Part shown: positions 1-8,146 of the stretch, one piece after another | How positions within the stretch are numbered: the stretch's first letter is position 1 | Layout: each line of letters begins with the position of its first letter | NCBI GenBank assembly: GCA_042577865.1 | Contig: JBHPDN010000005.1 | Location: 1-52,572 of the forward strand | Direction: 5' to 3' | Length of the DNA: 52,572 bases | Origin: Nanobdellota archaeon | Lineage (GTDB): Archaea; Nanobdellota; Nanobdellia; Woesearchaeales; JAGLXL01 | Notes under the pieces: model-generated | What the model saw: only the letters and a program-made list of their open reading frames with translations | Told to the model about the DNA's origin: nothing | Databases searched by the model: none | Position numbers and translations under genes: made by a program

Positions 1-2
1 AT

Positions 3-197
3 TTTACTCATTTTAATAACCGTTTGCGCTTGGTTGAGGATAAAACCTCTAATCTTAATCAAAAAATAGAGGTTATTGAGAAAAACATGCTCCACAATTT
101 CAAGAAGATGAACGACAACATTAAAGTTCTTGATAAGGATATTCTTGATTTAAAACATGAAATGAACACTATTAGAGAAAGGACAGATTTATATTAA
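3..197 (+). CDS. 3' end of a coiled-coil protein (partial, begins before the window)
   Basis: Manual translation, open from base 3 to TAA 195-197: FTHFNNRLRLVEDKTSNLNQKIEVIEKNMLHNFKKMNDNIKVLDKDILDLKHEMNTIRERTDLY. Heptad-like hydrophobic pattern; same strand as the downstream ATPase. Confidence 0.6.
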   Translation, partial: FTHFNNRLRLVEDKTSNLNQKIEVIEKNMLHNFKKMNDNIKVLDKDILDLKHEMNTIRERTDLY

Positions 198-245
198 ATT
201 TATGTGATTATCTTAGAGTAACAAAAAGGTCAAAAAGGGAAAAAG

Positions 246-2519
246 ATGGTGGTTAAAGAAAGCAAATGTTTTGCCTATGAAATAGTCCGAGAAGGCGAAG
301 AAAAAGTTCTGAAGATTAATTGTGAAGAGTGTACTTTCACCCCATCTATAGAAGATAATAACATTGCCATGGGCAAGACAGTTGACATCCTGCTGGAAGT
401 CAGCGGAGTAACTAGGATTATCCTTTCCCAAAAGAGTGATTATGAGTATGATTTTTATCAAACTCAGATATTGAATGAAATTGCACAAGTGCATAAACGA
501 GTAAGCGCCGATGAAAGATTAAATTATTCTTCTTTAGTGACAGGAACAGGGTGTGAGAGATTCTTACGCGCAGGTTATGCTTCACTGCAATATATTTTAT
601 TTACAGTGTTTAAAAGTGATCCGGTAACAGCTTATGTTGAGCTACGCAGGCTATTGAGAAAAGAAAAAATAAAATTAGAGAATGTGATTGACGGGGCAGA
701 AATAAAATGCCAGGAATACTTTATTTCTATGATTGAGTATGTTTTAGATATTTGGGATAAGACTCGAATGATAAATTTGACCAGACCTTTTTTAGCGGGC
801 TTTCAGGTCGGAGACAGAAACATCTACAAAAGAGTGTTTAATCCTACAACTCGACCTGATTTTATGTTTGCCAAACTAATGGCAACTTACCCTACAGACG
901 GCGAAGTTCTAGACAGTTATTCAGTAGGCAATACTGAAATTACTATTTTTGGTTTTCCTGATGAAATTAAAACACTTTACCACATGGTACCTCCTGAATT
1001 TAAATTTCCTGAGGAAAAATATGAGATTTTAGATACGGCAAGGAATATTATGGCTGAACACAAGCCAACAAAAGAGGAATTTGTTGACCCGGCCAGGATG
1101 AGAGAAGTTTTTTTCAACGTGGGCAAGGATTTGATAAATGATTTGTTGAGATACAGAAAAATTAAATTAAAAGAAAGTGAAGTTGATGAATTGGCTCAGG
1201 TTTTGTTAAGATATACAGTTGGTTTTGGTTTGATGGAAGTTCTACTTTCTGACCCAAAGGTCCAGGATGCCAATGCCAACTCTCCGATGGGCAAGCTGCC
1301 GATCTTCCTGGTTCACCAGGATTTTGATGATTGTACCACTAATGTTATCCCAACAGTGCATGAAGCAGAAAGCTGGGCAACCAAATTAAGAATGATTTCT
1401 GGCCGACCTTTAGATGAAGCCAATCCAGTTTTAGACACTGAATTAAAAGTGCCAGGAATAACATCAAGAGTGGCCGCAGTGTCAGCACCGTTAAATCCCA
1501 GCGGACTGGCCTTTTCTTTTAGAAGGCACAGGGACAAGCCATGGACCTTGCCTTTGTTTATGAAGGCGAAGATGATTGATGATGTTGCAGCAGGATTATT
1601 GAGTTTTTTAATTGACGGAACAAGAACACTGCTGATTGCAGGAACAAGAAGTTCAGGAAAGACCTCGTTGTTGGGTTCTTGTTTAATTGAAATAATGAGA
1701 AGATACCGAGTTGTAACGATTGAAGATACATTAGAACTACCAGTGCCAGCTTTAAGAGAACTTGAGTTCAATGTCCAGTCACTTAAGGTAGCGAGTGCCT
1801 TGGCAGGCAAAGAAACGTCTGAGGTGAGTGCCTCACGAGGTATTAGAACGACCTTGCGTTTAGGAGACTCTGCCCTGATTATTGGGGAAGTAAGAAGCGA
1901 TGAAGCAATTGCTCTTTATGAAGCAATGAGAATCGGAGCAGCAGCCAATGTGGTGGCAGGAACAATTCACGGTGCTTCACCATATGGAGTATTTGACAGG
2001 GTAGTCAATGACATTGGCGTGCCAAAAACATCATTTAAGGCAACAGATATAATTGTAGTAGCCAACCCAATCAGGACAGCGTCTGGTTTGAAAAAACAAA
2101 GAAGAGTTCTACAAATTACTGAAGTAAGAAAAGACTGGCAGGACGATCCAATAAGAGAGAGGGGGTTTGTTGATTTAATGAAGTATGACCCCACAACCGA
2201 CAAACTGGAAGTAACAGATGCTTTGGCTAACGGAGATTCTGAAATTTTGAAAGATATTGCTGGCAATATCAAAGATTTTGCAGGTAATTGGGAAGCGGTT
2301 TGGGATAATATTATGTTAAGGGCTAAGGTGAAAAGAGCTGTGGTGGATATTTCAGATGAAACAAAGAGACCAGAATTGCTGGAAGCATCATTTGTGGTTT
2401 TGGCTAATGATATGTTTCACAAGATTGTGGATAAGGTAAGAACTGAGGTGGGGATGGACTCCAAGAGAATATTCTTTGAATTTAATGAATGGTTAAAACG
2501 AGAGGTTAAAAAGAAATAA
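246..2519 (+). CDS. Type II/IV secretion (TadA/FlaI/VirB11-family) pilus assembly ATPase
   Basis: Walker A AGTRSSGKT, Asp box TIEDTLEL, Walker B LIIGEVR, His box GTIHG; long N-terminal extension with CEEC. Confidence 0.93.
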   Translation: MVVKESKCFAYEIVREGEEKVLKINCEECTFTPSIEDNNIAMGKTVDILLEVSGVTRIILSQKSDYEYDFYQTQILNEIAQVHKRVSADERLNYSSLVTGTGCERFLRAGYASLQYILFTVFKSDPVTAYVELRRLLRKEKIKLENVIDGAEIKCQEYFISMIEYVLDIWDKTRMINLTRPFLAGFQVGDRNIYKRVFNPTTRPDFMFAKLMATYPTDGEVLDSYSVGNTEITIFGFPDEIKTLYHMVPPEFKFPEEKYEILDTARNIMAEHKPTKEEFVDPARMREVFFNVGKDLINDLLRYRKIKLKESEVDELAQVLLRYTVGFGLMEVLLSDPKVQDANANSPMGKLPIFLVHQDFDDCTTNVIPTVHEAESWATKLRMISGRPLDEANPVLDTELKVPGITSRVAAVSAPLNPSGLAFSFRRHRDKPWTLPLFMKAKMIDDVAAGLLSFLIDGTRTLLIAGTRSSGKTSLLGSCLIEIMRRYRVVTIEDTLELPVPALRELEFNVQSLKVASALAGKETSEVSASRGIRTTLRLGDSALIIGEVRSDEAIALYEAMRIGAAANVVAGTIHGASPYGVFDRVVNDIGVPKTSFKATDIIVVANPIRTASGLKKQRRVLQITEVRKDWQDDPIRERGFVDLMKYDPTTDKLEVTDALANGDSEILKDIAGNIKDFAGNWEAVWDNIMLRAKVKRAVVDISDETKRPELLEASFVVLANDMFHKIVDKVRTEVGMDSKRIFFEFNEWLKREVKKK

Positions 2520-4705
2520 TGGACAAGGAAATGGAAAAATTATTGGCCAAGTACAAAGAGAGGCTGAAAGAAGAGTTGGGAGGAGTCAAGGATAGAAGAG
2601 GACAACCTCAAGTGGTTTCCAGAGAGTACAAGGAGTTTAAAAAATCTTTTTTAACCAAACCAATGGGCTGGTATGAAAAGGGATGTAAAGTTGCCGGAAA
2701 AATATTGAGAATTAAACCTAGTCCAAAAAAGGCAGCGCTGTTCAAAAGAAATGTTGAAATCTGCCATTTGGAGATTACGCCTACTGGAGCAATGTCGTTT
2801 GCTTTTCTGTTTCCTTTATTAGTGATGGTGGTTGGTGCTTTGCTTTCATTTGCCTTATTCCAATCATTGTTTTTTGTTTTTTCTTTTGTAATTATTGGAT
2901 TGATATTGATTGTACTTTTCCAAAAACTGCCTTCTTTTTTAGCTAACAGCTGGCGGATGAAAGCTTCCAACCAAATGGTTCAATGTATTTTTTATGTTGT
3001 CACTTATATGAGGCATACTTCTAACTTAGAGAGAGCGATTGAATTTGCCTCTGACCACTTAGCACCGCCACTTTCTTTGGATTTAAGAAAGGTTTTATGG
3101 GATGTGGAAACACACAGATATGGAACAATCAAGGACTCTTTGGACGATTACCTGGCTACTTGGAAAGATTGGAACAAGGAATTTATTGAAGCATTCCATC
3201 TGATTGAATCTTCTCTTTTTGAATCGTCTGAAGGCAGACGATTAGATATGTTAGACAAATCCCTAAGTGTGATTTTGACTGAAACTTATGAAAAAATGCT
3301 TCACTATGCCCATGATTTGAAATCACCAATTACTATGCTGCACATGATGGGAGTAATCCTGCCAATTTTAGGTTTAGTTATTTTGCCTTTAGTAGTGAGT
3401 TTTATGAGCAGTGATGATTTATCAGCTGGTTTTTTAGTAACAGTCATGGCTTTTCTTTATAATATATTAATTCCAGTGGGTGTTTTCTTTTTGGGGAAGG
3501 TTATTTTGTCCAAAAGACCAACGGGTTACGGTGAATCGGATATATCTGAGGAAAACCCAGAGCTAAAGAAGTACAAGTATATTCTGTTAAAGTTTGGAAA
3601 GAAAGAAATAAAAATAAACCCTTTGTTTGTGGCTTTGTTAGTTTTTGGCATCTTATTTTTTATTGGAATAAGTCCGGTAATAATGCATATTTTGGACCCT
3701 AATTTTGATGTTCCGTTTGATGAAGAAGGTCGCTTTTCTTTATTGGGATATGTCTGTCCAGGAGGCAGTTTAACATGTGATTTGAGCGAAAAAATAGGGC
3801 CTTTTGGAATTGGTGCTTCACTTTTATCGTTAGTTTTAACTCTGAGTTTTGGAGTGGGGTTAGGGATTTATTATTCTTTAAGAAGCAAGAATGTAATTAA
3901 AATCAGAGCAAGGACTAAAAAGTTAGAAGATGAGTTTGCTTCTTCATTATTTCAACTGGGAAACAGGTTGGGTGATGGCCTGCCAGCAGAGATTGCGTTC
4001 GGCAAGGTCTCTGAGGTGATGCAGGGAACAACATCAGGTGGTTTTTATTCGTTAGTGAGCAGAAATATTTCCAAGTTAGGAATGAGTGTCAAAGATGCTA
4101 TTTTTAGTGTTGAAGTAGGAGCTTTGGTTTATTTTCCATCAAAAGTAATTGAAAGTTCAATGAAGGTTTTAGTAGAGAGTGTTAAGAAAGGTCCTAAGAT
4201 TGCAGCTCAGGCCCTGGTTTCAATGTCAAGATACATCAAAGAGATTCACAGAGTCAATGAAAGATTAAAGGATTTACTAGCAGATATTATCTCTTCAATG
4301 AAATCCCAGGTTAAATTCTTAACACCAGCAATTGCTGGTATTGTAGTGGGAATTACTTCTATGATCACCACTATTTTGACTAGGTTGGGAGGACAAATCT
4401 CCAGGATTACAGAAGAAGGTGGGTCATCAAGTTTGAGTGGGGTAAGTGGTATTGTTAATCTGTTTGGTGACGGAGTGCCAACTTATTATTTCCAAATTGT
4501 AGTGGGGCTTTATGTAGTACAGATAATCTATATTTTGACTGTCCTGAGCAATGGAATTGAGAATGGATCAGACAAATTAAATGAAAGATATTCTTTAGGG
4601 AAAAATTTGCTTAAGGGAACAATACTTTATTGTTTGATTGCTTTTGCAGTGATGATGATGTTCAATCTGATTGCAGGACAAGTAATGATGAATTCATTTA
4701 GTTAA
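2519..4705 (+). CDS. Type II secretion system F / TadBC (FlaJ-like) membrane platform protein
   Basis: Multiple TM segments alternating with two cytoplasmic T2SSF-like domains; start overlaps the ATPase stop (TAATG). Confidence 0.85.
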   Translation: MDKEMEKLLAKYKERLKEELGGVKDRRGQPQVVSREYKEFKKSFLTKPMGWYEKGCKVAGKILRIKPSPKKAALFKRNVEICHLEITPTGAMSFAFLFPLLVMVVGALLSFALFQSLFFVFSFVIIGLILIVLFQKLPSFLANSWRMKASNQMVQCIFYVVTYMRHTSNLERAIEFASDHLAPPLSLDLRKVLWDVETHRYGTIKDSLDDYLATWKDWNKEFIEAFHLIESSLFESSEGRRLDMLDKSLSVILTETYEKMLHYAHDLKSPITMLHMMGVILPILGLVILPLVVSFMSSDDLSAGFLVTVMAFLYNILIPVGVFFLGKVILSKRPTGYGESDISEENPELKKYKYILLKFGKKEIKINPLFVALLVFGILFFIGISPVIMHILDPNFDVPFDEEGRFSLLGYVCPGGSLTCDLSEKIGPFGIGASLLSLVLTLSFGVGLGIYYSLRSKNVIKIRARTKKLEDEFASSLFQLGNRLGDGLPAEIAFGKVSEVMQGTTSGGFYSLVSRNISKLGMSVKDAIFSVEVGALVYFPSKVIESSMKVLVESVKKGPKIAAQALVSMSRYIKEIHRVNERLKDLLADIISSMKSQVKFLTPAIAGIVVGITSMITTILTRLGGQISRITEEGGSSSLSGVSGIVNLFGDGVPTYYFQIVVGLYVVQIIYILTVLSNGIENGSDKLNERYSLGKNLLKGTILYCLIAFAVMMMFNLIAGQVMMNSFS

Positions 4706-4708
4706 GAA

Positions 4709-6397
4709 TTATTTCTTAAGATTTTTAAGCTGTTCCTGATAGTATTTCAGCTGTTCTTTGATGTTGGTTGGTTTTTTTGAACTGGTAAACTGTTGTTGAG
4801 GGAAAGCTTGGTTGAGATATTTGTTGACAGTGTTCTTTGGCCAGCCTTTTTCAACAAGTGCTTTTTTGATGTCTTCTTTGGAGAAGCCATCTAATTTAGA
4901 GTTATTGATGAATTCAGTAAGAATCTGAACTTTTTTCTGATTTTGTTTTACTTGAGTAGTTTCTTTTACTTGTTTGGTCTTGGTTGTTTGTTTGTATTGG
5001 TGGATGCCTGTTTTCAGGTATTTCTGATAAGTATAAAATGATGAAGCGATAAGGATAACGGCTAACAAGGAAAAGATAATAATCAGTTCAGCAGTAGTGA
5101 CGATTTCACTAGGAATAGGCATCCTGATTTCTCCGGTAAAGACACATTGGTTTTCCTGACAAATGAAAGTCCTGCCGCAATCATTATCAACATAACATTC
5201 GATGCCATAAGGAGCACAGACTCCATTGAGGCAGTTTTCACTCATACAATCATTATCTTGGTGGCAGTTCTTGCCAAGAGGGCACTGGGCGCATGTTTCC
5301 CCACCACAATCAACATCTGATTCGTCCTGGTTTTGGATACTGTCATCACATTGAGGAAGGTAGTCACAAGTCTGGATTTCTTCTGGCTTTTCTTCAGTGA
5401 TTATAATCGCTCCTTTTTCCTCACAACGTTCACTGTCATAACAAATTCTGGTTTGAGTGTTGTTGAGCTGGCAGTTACCCCAAGGACTGCATTCCCAATT
5501 TGGCTGACAAGCACTTCTTCCTCCACCTCCACCCCCTCTTGATGGTTGAGGTGCAAGACAGGCCGGATGAGAAGCACAGTCTGTGTCTTCACAATCAGTG
5601 AAACCATTGAGATTATCATCTATGAGATTAGTACAATCTTCCAGAGCGTCTAAGTTGTAGGAGAAAGTGACGTTGAAACTGTTGACAACAAATGAAAAAT
5701 CACCCCCAGGGTAAGGGATGGTTACATTCTGGCCTGGTGTAACAATGGTGGTGTTGATGAGGCCAGAGCCATTGTAAATACCTAGAACCATGTAAGGTAA
5801 GGAAGTTGTAATATTATTGCCCTGGTCATCAAGAACATCATAAACTGAATAAACTAAGTTGCCGCCGACTTGTTCATAGACTGTGGTGTAGTTGCCACTA
5901 AGGAAACCAGTAGTTTGAGTTAAAGGATAATAAGTTGGTGAAGAGTTAAAGAAAGGGGTGGAATCTTTGGCAATAGTAACAATGCCAGGATAATAGGCAG
6001 AGAAAAGATTAGTGTCTAAGTCAATGAGAGCACAACCTGAACCATTGATGTCTCCACTAGTAATTTGGGCCGGAAGAACTGATAAATCAACTTCTGTAGT
6101 CTGGACACGATAGACAAGTTTGATGTATTGGTTGAGCAGATCTACAGCAGCATTGTCTGAACAGATCTCAACAAACATATTATCATTTTCTAAAGAGAAG
6201 TCGGTGTAAGTTGAAGTGTTGTCATCGTAAACTAAAGTGGCGGTAGAGCCATTAGGCCAAACTAAGCGTTGAGATGTGATGGCTCCTGCTACAGCAAAAC
6301 CAGTGATGTCTCCATATTGTGCAAAAACAGCAAAGACTGCTAAAGCTATTAAAATTCCGATGATAATTGTTTTTTGTTGTTTTTCTAACTGAACCAT
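4709..6397 (-). CDS. Membrane-anchored surface protein 'C': signal anchor + ITGFAVAG, domain Y, Cys-rich TSP1-like/DCGG stalk, TM, cytoplasmic GWP domain
   Basis: Hydrophobic N-terminus; poly-Gly then CQPNWECSPWGNC..QTRIC and QNQDESDVDCGG; TM LIIIFSLLAVILIASSFY; tail EFINNSKLDGFSKEDIKKALVEKGWP. Confidence 0.85.
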   Translation of the reverse strand: MVQLEKQQKTIIIGILIALAVFAVFAQYGDITGFAVAGAITSQRLVWPNGSTATLVYDDNTSTYTDFSLENDNMFVEICSDNAAVDLLNQYIKLVYRVQTTEVDLSVLPAQITSGDINGSGCALIDLDTNLFSAYYPGIVTIAKDSTPFFNSSPTYYPLTQTTGFLSGNYTTVYEQVGGNLVYSVYDVLDDQGNNITTSLPYMVLGIYNGSGLINTTIVTPGQNVTIPYPGGDFSFVVNSFNVTFSYNLDALEDCTNLIDDNLNGFTDCEDTDCASHPACLAPQPSRGGGGGGRSACQPNWECSPWGNCQLNNTQTRICYDSERCEEKGAIIITEEKPEEIQTCDYLPQCDDSIQNQDESDVDCGGETCAQCPLGKNCHQDNDCMSENCLNGVCAPYGIECYVDNDCGRTFICQENQCVFTGEIRMPIPSEIVTTAELIIIFSLLAVILIASSFYTYQKYLKTGIHQYKQTTKTKQVKETTQVKQNQKKVQILTEFINNSKLDGFSKEDIKKALVEKGWPKNTVNKYLNQAFPQQQFTSSKKPTNIKEQLKYYQEQLKNLKK

Positions 6398-8136
6398 AGA
6401 CTTGCAGTACTCCTAATTTGGTGGATGAAGTTCAAAATAACTTCAACGTAAGTGTTTTGGTAATGTGTTGATAATGAATATCTCTCAGTAGCATTTGGCT
6501 GGACAGCAGTTTGACTGGTCAAAGTGAAATTGAACTCCCCTACTTTTTGGTTGTTGGTGAAGAGTTGGAGTTCTGTTCCAGCTGCGTTAAAGATTTCAAA
6601 GTAAAGGGAGTAGTTGCCAACGTGGTCGTCAATATTAGTGTAAGCATAGGATGAAGTGTAGAGTTTGTTGCCGGTCGGGATAAGGGTTAAGTCAACCATG
6701 CCGTTGTCGTCTGTGAGTAATTCGGCAGTGGAGAGGGATTTGACTCCTCTTTGATTGCCGCTAACTGTGTAAGTTTGTGTTGGTGCTAACAAACTGAGAC
6801 CATTTTGTTCTGTTAACATGATTGTTGTGTTGGCAGAAGGGTTGCCGTTGGAGTTGTTAATTTGGATAGTAACATTGTATGGTCTGCCAGGATATGGAAA
6901 AGTATCATTTTGGATACCATCAATCCAAACATAAGGCAAGTAGACAAGTTCGATAGAGAATGAACCAGGATCGTCGTCATTGCCATTATTACAATCTGCA
7001 ATACCTGCAGCTGCATCCAAGGCTGTGGCGTTAACTGTTTTAGCGCCATTAGACAAACCAGTAGTATTGTAAAGCACCCAAGCAGTCTTGTGAGAACCTC
7101 CAGCTGTCAGTCCTCCGGTAACAAGGTAATTTCCAAGGAAAACATTATTGGTTTGATCGTAAAATGAAACATTGAAACTTGAGGTGATGTCAACATTACC
7201 ATCATTTTCCACTTGAGCAGAGACATTAACTATAGGTCCGGCTGGAGTAACTGAAGGAACTACCAGGACGTTATCTAGGTTGACATTAGGGCCGATACAA
7301 AGACTAGTTCCTAAGCCATTCACAACCATGTATCTAGTATCAGTAGCTGATTCTGTAGGTGAAGGCACGCCAGAGTAGAGTTCAATTCCTGAACTGATTT
7401 GCGAGGTGGTGTTGACAATAACACCATCATGACATACTTGGCCGTAAGTGTCATTACAGACAGCAACAACAATTGGTCTTTGTGAGTGGACTCCAAGAGT
7501 TACGTGAGTTAGTGCTCTTGAAAAACTATTTCCACTAACATCTATAAAAGTAACTTGAGGATTGGTGCCAAAAGTGATGTTTTTAGTTGTTTGGCTGTAA
7601 GTTCCAGAGACTGAATAAGAACCACGCAGCCAACTACCTGTATTCATAAAAACATAACTAGGAGCGGAAAGGTCTTGGTTAGTATCATAGGCAGTCCAAG
7701 GTCTGCCTGGGAAAGCTGCATAGTATACTGTTGGTGTTTTGGAACCAAGATAAGACCCGGAAATAAACAAAGGTGATGCCTGAGTCCAATAACAAGTTCC
7801 TCCATTAGGGGAGCCAGTGGAAGCTAAGGCAGTAGTGTATGTAGGATCAGATTTGTAAGTGATAGGAACAAAAATCATAGTGCCACTTACATTAGCACCA
7901 TAACCTCCAGAGACATATTTGTTGAGACCTGCTCCACAAATTTCTATACCTACATCAGGGTTACCACTAGTGTCTGCATAATGGACACCAAATGCACTAA
8001 CTGTTCCTGTGTAGGAAACATACCGGGTGGTACCAGATAAATTAATGAGCTGAGAAGTGACTTGGGCTTGAGCAGAGACAGCAAAAAGAGTGCAAATTAT
8101 TATTGATAAAAGGATTAACCAGATTTTTTTGTTCAT
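6385..8136 (-). CDS. Secreted protein 'B': domain Y, CARDB/Ig-like domain, C-terminal domain X
   Basis: Signal peptide MNKKIWLILLSIIICTLFAVSAQA; CARDB-like VNVSAQVENDGNVDI..FNVSFY. ATG 8136 is preferred over GTG 8145 because GAGGTG lies 6 nt upstream of it. Confidence 0.8.
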   Translation of the reverse strand: MNKKIWLILLSIIICTLFAVSAQAQVTSQLINLSGTTRYVSYTGTVSAFGVHYADTSGNPDVGIEICGAGLNKYVSGGYGANVSGTMIFVPITYKSDPTYTTALASTGSPNGGTCYWTQASPLFISGSYLGSKTPTVYYAAFPGRPWTAYDTNQDLSAPSYVFMNTGSWLRGSYSVSGTYSQTTKNITFGTNPQVTFIDVSGNSFSRALTHVTLGVHSQRPIVVAVCNDTYGQVCHDGVIVNTTSQISSGIELYSGVPSPTESATDTRYMVVNGLGTSLCIGPNVNLDNVLVVPSVTPAGPIVNVSAQVENDGNVDITSSFNVSFYDQTNNVFLGNYLVTGGLTAGGSHKTAWVLYNTTGLSNGAKTVNATALDAAAGIADCNNGNDDDPGSFSIELVYLPYVWIDGIQNDTFPYPGRPYNVTIQINNSNGNPSANTTIMLTEQNGLSLLAPTQTYTVSGNQRGVKSLSTAELLTDDNGMVDLTLIPTGNKLYTSSYAYTNIDDHVGNYSLYFEIFNAAGTELQLFTNNQKVGEFNFTLTSQTAVQPNATERYSLSTHYQNTYVEVILNFIHQIRSTASLWFS

Positions 8137-8146
8137 TTTTTTCACC

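Noticed and set aside
1313-2272. Antisense ORFs in the ATPase, and similar shadow ORFs throughout the track
   Set aside because: They lie within well-supported genes and have no recognisable motifs.
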